Shown in pieces: positions 1-12,400 of a stretch of 64,000 nucleotides of DNA (positions within the stretch are counted from its first letter, which is position 1; every line of letters starts with the position of its first letter). The position numbers and the translations under genes were made by a program. The DNA lies in contig JAUCBJ010008499.1 in NCBI GenBank assembly GCA_032718475.1, positions 62,001 through 126,000 on the forward strand. The letters are read 5' to 3'. Source of the DNA: Nemertoderma westbladi. Its lineage: Eukaryota > Animalia > Xenacoelomorpha. The notes below the pieces were generated by a model, which had not been told where the DNA came from, did no database searches, and saw only the letters and a program-made list of their open reading frames with translations.

Positions 1-436
1 AATGGAGTATAGGTAGATTCGCCGACCGTGCTCAATTCGGAAGTTATTGGCAATGTTCTATGTTTATTGGGAATGTTGCTACGGCGACGCCTTGACGCCG
101 GAGTTTCGAAGACACAGTGGACGACCCAATGAACGTCGTCCTTGATGGTGAACAGCGGGTTTACCGAAAAGGAGATCTCATTGGCGCCGAGAAAACGAGC
201 GTCAAAGTTTAACTTATCGACGAAATCGTTGTTGGAAGAGGTGCCGGGGTTGTCCTTGTCGAGGAGTTTAAACCGGTAGGAGATGAACTCGTTGTGTATC
301 AGACAACCCAGCTGATCGTCTGAGTAGCGCGGTATGTAGCCGCGCACCCCGGCGCAGATGTAAACGGCCGATAGTTGGGCGCCCTCCTCCGTCGATTGGT
401 TGCCACGCGTAAACACATTCCCGTAGATTACGTCAT
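1..436 (-). CDS. FREM-like exon running off the window edge (DVIYGNVF...ICAGVRGYIPRY...SRRRRS)
   Basis: Acceptor ttttctag at 437-438; open frame to position 1; furin-type RRRR near its end. Confidence 0.88.
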
Positions 437-3400
437 CTAGAAAATAATACGTTTAATTATATCAGCAAATTATAGCGAAATTAATTTAATTTAAAACATT
501 AAGGGGTATGAGCAGGTCACAATGTCGGTGTTTTATAACCAAAACAATAAACAAAATGTGACCAATTTGTGACTGTTTTAAATTGCGGTCAATGTGCGCT
601 ACAGTTCTATCAGGATCAGCTTCAGCAATTATTATTTATTACTACAATCACAGTGACGTCAGTTATTTTTTATTGCCTAAAAATTAAATCTGGCTTTATC
701 GTTGGAAACTGCAATATTTAGATAACCCCCTGTGTTTAACAACTAACAGTCATTACTATTCTCTCCCAAAAAATAGATTGGATATTTTTTAGGTAAACAA
801 AATATTAATACCCAAAACCCAACCTTTCGTGAATCCATCAGCTAGACCAATGGTATCGCTGGGATTGTTCGCTCCGATAACTTGTAGCCCCAATTCCATC
901 CCTTTTGATTCGCTACTCGGCACAAGGTTGTTCACCAATAGGAGCTGCAGTTCCAGCAAAAAGCTAATTGGTTGTAACCTTGAGCAACGGGTGTAAGCGG
1001 GGATGCTGTACGATGTATCGGTAGTCTTGACAACGCACGGTAGCAACTTTATTGTGTATGAGCCGGAATGATCAAATATCTGTAAATATATGCGAAATCT
1101 AAAAGTATAGCAATTAACACACAGGATTATAATTAGTACCGACAATACAATGAGGATAAGTCGACACCACAAATAGGAAACAATAAGCTCGGTCGGTAGG
1201 TCTAATAATAATTTTGTCCGTAACTTTAAAAAATATTGCACCTTTTCTCTAGTAGGCCCATACAAAATTTGGTTGAAAATGGTTAAAATCTTCAAAAGTT
1301 ATTTACGAATGAATTTTTCATTACAGACGGACGGACAGACAGACGGACAAACAGACGGACATGAAATTTTGCCTTATTTACTAATTATAATTGTGCGCTA
1401 AGGGTCGCCCCACAGCGAATTTAAAAATGATGAAATAAATTTGGTATTCGCTCTATTTTCAGTATTAAAGTTTACAAATAATGTAGTGTTTTTCACACGG
1501 CTTTCCGTGTCCTTTTCACACGGCTTTCCGTGTCCCTGCCCCCTCATAAACCACAAAAAATATCTGGGGGTGGTTGCGTGGCCCTCTACGGTTTCTATTT
1601 TTCAATTTGCATGTGTCGAATGTGGTTGTAAAATGCACATAAAATGGTTACCACATCAGAGAATAATCATTTTCAATTTATTCATTATTTATTATTATGT
1701 ATATTATTATATTTATGTTATATATTATTATGTATTCATCATTTTAAATTTCACTAAATAGATTTCACTCCTCCCTTATTTTCCATTTTCCTTTTCGGAT
1801 ACCACCTTTTTTGGCATGATTAATAATTTACATTATATTTTTCGTATTTACGTATTTTACTGTAGCATATTCTGAACGTAGCTACTCTTAACACCTTATC
1901 AGTTACCTACACGCGGCTGAATAAACGCCAGTATACATTTTATGGTAAACAAAACTAACTACCACCAACGGCTAAACAGTCACTGAGAGATAGGTACATT
2001 ACACTTAAATGCTTCGCTTCAAAATGGAGTTTTAGCGGCGAAGCCGCTACAATTTTTCAATTATAAACTGATCGTAAACATAATTAACTGTTTAGGCATG
2101 CAGGACCAGGGACTGTACGTTTATGTGCAACAAACTAACCTCTTGTTGGGATTTCATTGTCCACCACTGCCTTGGCTTATCGAAAGTTTTGTCCGTCTCG
2201 TCCAACACTAGGTCCATCGTATTATTGGCAACAGCCACTTCGGACTCCAGACGCGCAGCTGCAAACTCCTTGGGGTAGAAATCTAGAAACTGTCCCTGGA
2301 ACTCAGGGACAGTCTCAAAGGATACCTTCAGTTCCGGGTGGTTCCTGTCAACCGTGATACTGGTAGGGTAGAGAGAGGCTGGAGAATAAAATATCGGTTG
2401 AGTTACAAACCTTGATACTGGTAGGGTAGAGGGAGAGGCTGGGGAATAAAATATGGGTTGAGTTACAAACCGTGATACTGGTAGGGTAGAGAGAGGTTGG
2501 GGAATAAAATATCGGTTGAGTTACAAACCGTGATACTGGTAGGGTAGAGAGAGAGGTTGGGGAATAAAATATGGGTTGAGTTACAAACCGTGATACTGGT
2601 AGGGTAGAGAGAGAGGTTGGGGAATAAAATATCGGTTGAGTTACAAACCGTGATACTGGTAGGGTAGAGAGAGAGGTTGGGGAATAAAATATCGGTTGAG
2701 TTACAAACCGTGATACTGGTAGGGTAGAGAGAGAGGTTGGGGAATAAAATATCGGTTGAGTTACAAACCGTGATACTGGTAGGGTAGAGAGAGGTTGGGG
2801 AATAAAATATCGGTTGAGTTACAAACCGTGATACTGGTAGGGTAGAGAGAGAGAGGCTGGGGAATAAACTATCGATTGAGTTCTACCTTTTCCCCTCTGA
2901 CCTCCAACTGCTCCCCTCACAACTAACATTCTGCCCGCCCACCTCTAACACCTCCTCTTGCACTTATACCGTTATCCCCTGCCTCGCCACCTCCACCAAT
3001 ATCTCTCACTTCTCCCTTCCTTACATCATCAGCATCCAGTATTCCATCTGATTCATCGTCTACAATAGTTTCAATGACACCTTCCGCCTGAGACACATGG
3101 ACTGCTACGCCATTCTCGATGCAGAATATTCTTACAAGAAATATTTATCATATAGATATCGCCACCCTCCTGGTTATATATAATAATCTCGTGGGCCTTT
3201 CCAATTCCCTGGAGGGGGCCTATGTTACTTGGTATGGTATCGTTTACCAGTTCCACATCATTAGCTGAGTATGAAAATATCTACCTATTAATCTATCTAT
3301 TAATACGAGATTTTAGCATGGCAATTATGTCATTGAAGCTAGGGGTATCGCCATCAATGTGCATGCCAATAATGTTTGACAATGTCCTCAATCGTTCCAC

Positions 3401-6400
3401 CAACTCCATCCGCTGGGCCCTTCCCGTGACCAGCCTCCAAATATATCCAACGGATTTTCTTATTCTTAGCCTTAGCAACTTCATTAATTAGAAATACAAT
3501 TAGTCCTATTGCGGTTCTACGGAAGTGTTACAGGTGAGACATGTCCTACTCTGTAGCCCAAATTTATTCGATTTACATGTTATATGTGGGACGTCCAGCT
3601 CTGTGACGATTTTTTGTGTTATAGGTGGGACAAAGCTCATGCTGATAAATGTAAAAGCAACTAAAGTCTATTCCATAGTCAATTATTGTTGCCACTAATG
3701 ATTACTCAAGCAAAAGACCAAGAACTTGGCTATATGCTGATATTAGAATCTTCATATCACGTTTGTTAGAACTGATTCTAGAGCATGGTAAAGCAATGCA
3801 CTTGACGTTACACATGGGACAATCCTAATTGACATAATCGACTCGCACGTATAAAACCAGCCATATCGCCGGTTTGTTTTGTATTTTTTCGTAGAATCTT
3901 GATGTTCAACTTCCCGAAGATTTTCCTTTCAAATAAGAATTTAGTTTATAGAATCCAAATAAAAACCTATTGGTTAATTCAGTTGTTACCGTTTGGGACA
4001 AGTAATTGTCAAAAATAGGGGTATATTATCTATTGTTTTATTTAAATATGATATCAATAAAACAATTTGGAAGTTATTCCATTGCATTCCTCTATTATTT
4101 AGCTTTAAATGAGCTATAACTTGTTGAAATACACCCAGTAGATGTCAAAATACATTCCCCACAATGCAATGAACTTTTTTGGACAATTGAAAAAACTGGA
4201 TTTTTTAGTACTAAAAGGTCTGTAAAATCTTTCAAAGTCGGAGTGGCAGTATGATTTTTTGTGCATCTGTTGGACCATAAAATTATCTTCAAAATATATA
4301 TAACTTTACTAGGTTCCAAAATAAATATCATTCTAAAATTAAGTCGAATCGTGTGGGAAACGTTTTTGGCCACTCTTTGGTGAGTATGGGCCAAATAAGT
4401 AAATAAATTACTTACCTTCCGTTCAGTTATAATGTGATTCTTGTTGATATAAATAAATATAACGGGAGTAGTATTCTAACAGAGTGAAATAATGTTAAAA
4501 TTTGGAAAGAAATAATATTTCGATAATAAATAAAAGAAAGTCATTATTTACCTTTTTGTGAACCCAACGGGTTATTGGTTACTATGCCAGCCGCCCAGAC
4601 CATGTCCGTCTGGTAGGTGTAATAAAGTCTCATAGGTTCGATATGAGACCAAACGGAATTCCATACGATTTGGGGGTCGGTGTTCCATCGACGAGTAACC
4701 ATGGCAATATAGACGGTCAGTTGTAGTTGCATTATTGATTGGCTACTGGTTGACATCTAAATAAATCAATAGGAGATGTAAATACAAAGGATATAACATG
4801 TTCAGACACAGTTGCAGACACAGTGTCTTCACTTATAGTATTCCCACCGTAGCCTGTAGCTGTGTCTGCTCCCCCACTCTGCAGTGCAACCGTGTCCGTA
4901 GTGCAACTGTATCCGCAGTGCAAACTGTATCCGCAGTGCAACTGTGTCCGCAGTGCAACTGTGTCCGCAGTGCAACTGTATCAGCAGTGCAACTGTGTCC
5001 GCAGTGCAACTGTGTCCGCAGTGCAACTATATCCGCAGTACAACTGTATCCGCAGTGCAACTGCGTCCGCAGTGCAACTGTGTTCGCACTCCGCAGTGCA
5101 ACTGTGTCCGCAATGCAACTGTGTTGGTAGTGCAACTGTGTCCGCAGTGTAACTGTGTTCGCACTCCGCAGTGCAACTGTGTCCGCAATGCAACTGTGTT
5201 GGTAGTGCAACTATATCCGCAGTACAACTGTATCCGCAGTGCAACTGTGTCCGCAGTGCAACTGTGTTCGCACTCCGCAGTGCAACTGTGTCCGCAATGC
5301 AACTGTGTTGGTAGTGCAACTGTGTCCGCAGTGCAACTGTGTTCGCACTCCGCAGTGCAACTGTGTCCGCAATGCAACTGTGTTGGTAGTGCAACTATAT
5401 CCGCAGTACAACTGTATCCGCAGTGCAACTGTGTTCGCACTCCGCAGTGCAACTGTGTCCGCAATGCAACTGTGTTGGTAGTGCAACTGTATCCGCAGTG
5501 CAACTGTGTCCGCAGTGCAACTGTGTTCGCACTCCGCAGTGCAACTGTGTCCGCAATGCAACTGTGTTGGTAGTGCAACTGTGTCCGCAGTGCAACTGTG
5601 TTCGCACTCCGCAGTGCAACTGTGTCCGCAATGCAACTGTGTTGGTAGTGCAACTGTGTCCGCAGTGCAACTATGTCCGCAGTGCAACTGTATCCGCAGT
5701 GCAACTGTGTCCGCAGTGCAACTGTGTCCGCAGTGCAACTATATCCGCAGTACAACTGTATCCGCAGTGCAACTGTGTCCGCAGTGCAACTGTGTTCGCA
5801 CTCCGCAGTGCAACTGTGTCCGCAATGCAACTGTGTTGGTAGTGCAACTGTGTCCGCAGTGCAACTGTGTCCGCAGTGCAACTGTGTCCACAGTGCAACT
5901 GTGTCCGCAGTGCAACTGTGTCCACAGTGCAACTGTGTCCGCAGTGCAACTGTGTCCGCAGTGCAACTGTATCCGCAGTGCAACTGTGTCCGCAGAGCAA
6001 CTGTGTCCGCAGTGCAACTGTGTCCGCAGTGCAACTCTGTCCGCAGTGCAACTGTGTCCGCAGTGCAACTGTGTCCGCAGTGCAACTGTGTCCGCAGTGC
6101 AACTGTGTCCGCAGTGCAACTGTGTCCGCAGTACAACTGTGTCCGCAGTGTAACTGTGTCCGCAATGCAACTGTGTTTGTAGTGCAACTGTGTCCGCAGT
6201 TCAACTGTGTCCGCAATTCAACTGTGTCCGCAGTGCAACTGTGTCTGCAGTTCAACTGTGTCCGCAGTGCAACTGTGTCCGCAGTGCAACTGTGTCCGCA
6301 GTGCAACTGTGTCCGCAGTGCAACTATGTCCGCAGTGTAACTGTGTCCGCAATGCAACTGTGGTTGTAGTGGAACTGTGTCCGCAGTTCAACTGTGTCCG

Positions 6401-9400
6401 CAGTGCAACTGTGTCCGCAGTTCAACTGTATCCACAGTGCAACTGTGTCCGCAGTGCAACTGTGTTTGTAGTGGAACTGTGTCCGCAGTTCAACTGTGGC
6501 CGCAGTGCAACTGTGTCGGCGGTGCAACTGTGTCCGCAATGCAACTGTGTTTGTAGTGGAACTGTGTCCGCAGTTCAACTGTGTCCGCAGTGCAACTGTG
6601 TTTGTAGTGGAACTGTGTCCGCAGTTCAACTGTATCCACAGTGCAACTGTGTCCACAGTGCAACGGTGTTTGTAGTGGAACTGTGTCCGCAGTTCAACTG
6701 TGGCCGCAGTGCAACTGTGTCCGCGGTGCAACTGTGTCCGCAGTGCAACTGTGTCCGCAGTTCAACTGTGTCCGCAGTGCAACTGTGTCCGCAATGTAAC
6801 TGTGATTGTAGTGGAACTGTGTCTGTAGTTCAACTGTGTCCGCAGTGCAACTGTGTCCGCAGTTCAACTGTGTCCGAAGTACAACTGTGTCCGCAGTGCA
6901 ACTGTGTTGGCAGTGCGACTGTGTCCGCAATGCAACTGTGTTTGTAGTGGAACTGTGTCCGCAGTTCAACTGTGTCCGCAGTGCAACTGTGTCCGCAGTT
7001 CAACTGTGTCCACAGTGCAACTGTGTCCGCAGTTCAACTGTGTTTGTAGTGCAACCGTGTCCGCAGTGCAACTGTGTTTGTAGTGCAACTGTGTCCGCAG
7101 TGGAACTGTGTCCGCAATGCAACTGTGTTTGTAGTGGAACTGTGACCGCAGTTCAACTGTGTCCGCAGTGCAACTGTGTCCGCAGAGCAACTGTGTCCGC
7201 AGTGCAACTGTGTCCGCAGTGCAACTGTGTCCGCAGTTCAACTGTGTCCGCAGTTCAACTGTGTGTGTAGTGCAACTGTGTCCGAAGTTCAACTGTGTCC
7301 ACAGTGCAACTGTGTTCGCAGTGCAACTGTGTCCGCAATGCAACTGTGTTTGTAGTGCAACTGTGTCCGCAGTTCAACTGTGTCCACAGTGCAACTGTGT
7401 CCGCAGTGCACCTGTGTCCGCAGTGCAACTGTGTCCGCAGTTCAACTGTCTCCGCAGTGCAGCTGTGTCCGCAGTTCAACTGTGTTTGTAGTGCAACATT
7501 GTCCACAGTGCAACTGTGTCCGCAATGCAACTGTGTTTGTAGAGCAACTGTGTCCGCAGTGCAACTGTGTCCGCAATGCAACTGTGTTTGTAGTGCAACT
7601 GTGTCCGAAGTTCAACTGTGTCCGCAGTGCAACTGTGTCCGCAATGCAACTGTGATTGTAGTGGAACTGTGTCTGTAGTTCAACTGTGTCCGCAGTGCAA
7701 CTGTGTCCGCAGTTCAACTGTGTCCGAAGTGCAACTGTGTCCGCAGTGCAACTGTGTCCGCAGTGCAACTGTGTCCGCAATGCAACTGTGTTTGTAGTGC
7801 AACTGTGTCCGAAGTTCAACTGTGTCCGCAGTGCAACTGTGTCCGCAATGCAACTGTGATTGTAGTGGAACTGTGTCTGTGGTTCAACTGTGTCCGCAGT
7901 GCAACTGTGTCCGCAGTTCAACTGTGTCCGAAGTGCAACTGTGTCCGCAGTGCAACTGTGTCCGCAGTTCAACTGTGTCCGAAGTACAACTGTGTCCGCA
8001 GTGCAACTGTGTCGGCAGTGCGACTGTGTCCGCAATGCAACTGTGTTTGTAGTGGAACTGTGTCCGCAGTTCAACTGTGTCCGCAGTGCAACTGTGTCCG
8101 CAGTTCAACTGTGTCCGCAGTGCAACTGTGTCCGCAGTTCAACTGTGTTTGTAGTGCAACCGTGTCCGCAGTGCAACTGTGTTTGTAGTGCAACTGTGTC
8201 CGCAGTGGAACTGTGTCCGCAATGCAACTGTGTTTGTATGGAACTGTGACCGCAGTTCAACTGTGTCCGCAGTGCAACTGTGTCCGCAGAGCAACTGTGT
8301 CCGCAGTGCAACTGTGTCCGCAGTTCAACTGTGTCCGCAGTTCAACTGTGTGTGTAGTGCAACTGTGTCCGAAGTTCAACTGTGTCCACAGTGCAACTGT
8401 GTTCGCAGTGCAACTGTGTCCGCAATGCTACTGTGTTTGTAGTGCAACTGTGTCCGCAGTTCAACTGTGTCCGCAGTGCACCTGTGTCCGCAGTGCAACT
8501 GTGTCCGCAGTTCAACTGTCTCCGCAGTGCAGCTGTGTCCGCAGTGCAGCTGTGTCCGCAGTTCAACTGTGTTTGTAGTGCAACAGTGTCCACAGTGCAA
8601 CTGTGTCCGCAATGCAACTGTGTTTGTAGAGCAACTGTGTCCGCAGTGCAACTGTGTCCGCAATGCAACTGTGTTTGTAGTGCAACTGTGTCCGAAGTTC
8701 AACTGTGTCCGCAGTGCAACTGTGTCCGCAATGCAACTGTGATTGTAGTGGAACTGTGTCTGTAGTTCAACTGTGTCCGCAGTGCAACTGTGTCCGCAGT
8801 TCAACTGTGTCCGAAGTGCAACTGTGTCCGCAGTGCAACTGTGTCCGCAGTGCAACTGTGTCTGCAAAGCGTCCACGCCCGTATAAGTTCTACTTTCCAA
8901 TTGTTATATACACTAGCGATGTAAAGTATTCACCTTATCATCTACAGTCCAAACGGCCCCACAAACTTTCACGGCTTCGTCTATAGATATATAAGCGTCG
9001 AAGCGCCACAGACAGGCGTCGGTGTCGAGATGGCTGTAGAACTCCACCGTGTTGTTACCCCGTAACTCCCGGTTACAGTTCCCTGGCAGGAGAGCGTCGC
9101 TACAACTCTCCGCTTCCATAAACCCGTAGTCTAGAACCTTCTCGTCGCCGAGTAGGATGTTGGAGCAGGGATGTTTGTTCTTGCGGTGATCGACGGACTT
9201 GAGGGATCGAGCGAGATCGGAAAGTTCGCGGGTTGAGATTACGGGGAAGGCCCCGTCGGTGTGGTTGAGCGCGAAGGAGAGATGGAGAGCGGATCGGGAA
9301 GAATCGTAGGCGACGTCGACGCGGTACGAGGGGCCCGAACCCGAGGGAAGACAAACTCCCGCGGAGGAGTGGATCTTAGTGCGCGGACTCGCTGATTCGT

Positions 9401-12400
9401 GGCCCCGCTCCCGGTCCCGACTCACCGCCGCCGCCTTGCACTGCACCGTGGAGTCACCCGCCAGATAGACCCCGTCCAGGACGTTGCCCGAGGGGCTGGT
9501 TGCCACGGACACGTCGGCGTAGACCCGGGTAGGGGTCCGTGTGCCGGGTCTCGACACGAACCAGTAGTACTGCGTCAGCGAGTCGTCTATGTATTCGATG
9601 GTACACGAGTGTCTGTACATCTCGAACTCCGGATGAATTGGGTTGCAAACCTGATGAAGTCAAGATAAATAAATACAACAATAATTATTATAATATTACG
9701 TTTATGGTGAATCGCGTAACAATTGTAGTTACTTGAGAAGAAAAACCTGATGGCGATAACTATATTATTATGGTTGATACTTTCAAAGAACTTCCTCCGT
9801 TCACAATAACTGAAGGAACGAGTTAATAACCTACAGAACTATAATAAACGTAGCCACAAGTAACTCAAATAATATTTACATAATATCACTAGTTTTGATA
9901 TTGCCAACCCTGTTAGTTGCAGGATATGTAAACATTATGTTTTAACAAAATTATTCGTTTTTAATATATCGTATTAAATGTATTTACTAAGAGAGAGGAT
10001 CCCTCTAGCGATAGAATGTGGCAGCAGGTAAAACTTGCGCCTCTTGCGGCAAGGGAATGTAATTATGTCTAATGAAATTGCCAATACGATCAATTCAACA
10101 AATTATTATTGATTAATGTAATGCAATGTTTGCGGTTTAATGTTAGTTGAAACTCACAGTAATACAAACTACAGGGTAGCCGTTCATCGGTATATCGTCC
10201 CAGTGACTCTTAGGGTTCTGTATGTCCTTTAGGGACACCACTAGCGGAGACGACTTGAATTTGGGGTGCAAGGATACCCTGGTGTCCAGGATTTCAACGA
10301 CTGTTTCATTCAGCTGAAATACAAAGAAATTAGTTATCAATGTTGCAGCAAGAATCCTAAACCGTATATTATATAGGCCTAACTACCTACAGTACAAACT
10401 GAAAGTAAATAAATAGTGACTCTGTATGATGTACTACACAACACACTTACCGTAACTACAACCGGTGAATTCAGACTCGGGTTAACCAACTCAACGAAAA
10501 CAATGAACTGCTCGGGGTCTTCCTCTATCGCGTCCGTAAACACCCTGATCTCGACAATTATTCTAGAACTGTCCTTCGGGAAATCCATCCCTAAAACAAG
10601 AGTGGATAGCAGCTACACAATTATGTTACGCCGTGTTATGTAGTGCTATAAGGGATGCAGTAAGGAGTAGGGATGCGACGGAGCTCCGGGCCAATTTTCT
10701 GGTTCCGGCTCCGGGCAAATTAACCCGGAGCCAATCCGGAGCTTTTGTTGTTTAAATTCAAATTACAATAATAGTTTTTCTGATATATGAATAATGTAAA
10801 TATCATAGTAATTAACATAATAACTCATTAAGTAATTTACAGGTTGTTTTTTAAGTTTCCTGATAACCCCCCCACCCCCCCCCCCCCCACCCCCTTGTGA
10901 AATTGTTTAAATATTTGAACAAAAACATTGAAATTATTCAGTTAATTCAATTAATATTCTTCCCATAGTGAGTGTGAACTGAAAAGTCTAAAACAGTATA
11001 TTTTTGCCCATTGAACACCAGATAGGAGGGTCGGGTCAGAGTAAAACGCGGATCCGGATTCTACATTTAACATTGTCCCTACGGAGGTCGATTTTTTTAC
11101 ATTTTTATAACTCCCAAAAATAAAACTATAACCTGTTCTATTGACTTTAGTTTATTGTTTTGGTTAAAATAACGTGCCACTGTAACCTGCTCCTTTCCCT
11201 AAATTGAGAATTTTGGAATCCGGATCCGGATCCGCGTTTTACACCTACCCGAGATAGGAGAGTCTTTGGACGCAATCAAAATTCATCCCTCTCCAGGAGA
11301 AAATCGACGCAAATAACTGCCGATTACTCCCAAAAATAAAACTGTATCCTGTTCTATTGGATATAGTTTATTGTTTTGATTAGAGTAGCTTGCGACTGTA
11401 AACTGCTCATTTCCCTTAAATGATAATTTGACATTGAGGCGGGATATTAATTCGCCGAGTAAGAATTTGCATAAAATCCCCCCCCCCCCCCCCTTTTTTT
11501 TATGAACGCATATCTGTCTATGTCTAATCAATTTATTATTTATTTTATGTCTAATTAATTTAATTAGAAGTGTTCAGCTACTGTACTATACCTCTTCTGT
11601 TTATCCCTTCGAAGTCCAACCCAGCTGTGGCCGAACCAGCTCTGGTACTGATCTTCAGCATGTAACTCTCTGACTGTTCGCCGCTGCGCAGCAACGGTAG
11701 ACCCAGAACGGTGACCTCCCCCTCCACGCGAGATTCACGCACAGCGTATTTATCGCTCTCCCATCGAATAGTCGGCCCTAGAAAGGAGAATAAAATGTTT
11801 GTTGTAGTTATACCCAATGAAACGCAATACAAAATGAGTTCATATAAACAATAATTACATTTTTATTTCACAGAAAAAATTTAATTGTTTAAATAAGTAA
11901 AATGTTATCCATGTAATTTCGTAATACGTAAGTTTTTTCGTGATTCCAACTCCGCGTGGATTTGACACCAACCGGAACCCGTATTCTGTCGCTCTTTACA
12001 ACAAGATCGCGAGATCTCGCACTTCTTTATCGTAGGTGAGAAAAATTATATTTACATACGAATATAAATTATATTTACATACGAATATAAATTATATTTA
12101 CATACGAATATAAATTATATTTACATACGAATATAAATTATATTTACATACGAATATAAATTATATTTACATACGAATATAAATTATATTTACATACGAA
12201 TATAAATTATATTTACATACGAATATAAATTATATTTACATACGAATATAAATTATATTTACATACGAATATAAATTATATTTACATACGAATATAAATT
12301 ATATTTACATACGAATATAAATTATATTTACATACGAATATAAATTATATTTACATACGAATATAAATTATATTTACATACGAATATAAATTATATTTAC

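Noticed and set aside
2885-3491. Short ORFs and purine-skewed coding-like sequence in the intron
   Set aside because: No recognisable motif and not needed for the FREM frame; possibly an old TE fragment but unsupported.
4786-4794. ATATCCTTT (U12-type 5' splice consensus) on the minus strand
   Set aside because: It lies 30 nt before a normal AG with no upstream exon to serve; the FREM exons already join through GT-AG introns.
4798-8900. Many Cys-rich ORFs (QLCPQCNCVRSATVSAV / TQLHCGHSCTADTVALR)
   Set aside because: Translations of the 17-bp satellite open in several frames on both strands, inside an intron; not metallothionein or keratin-associated genes.
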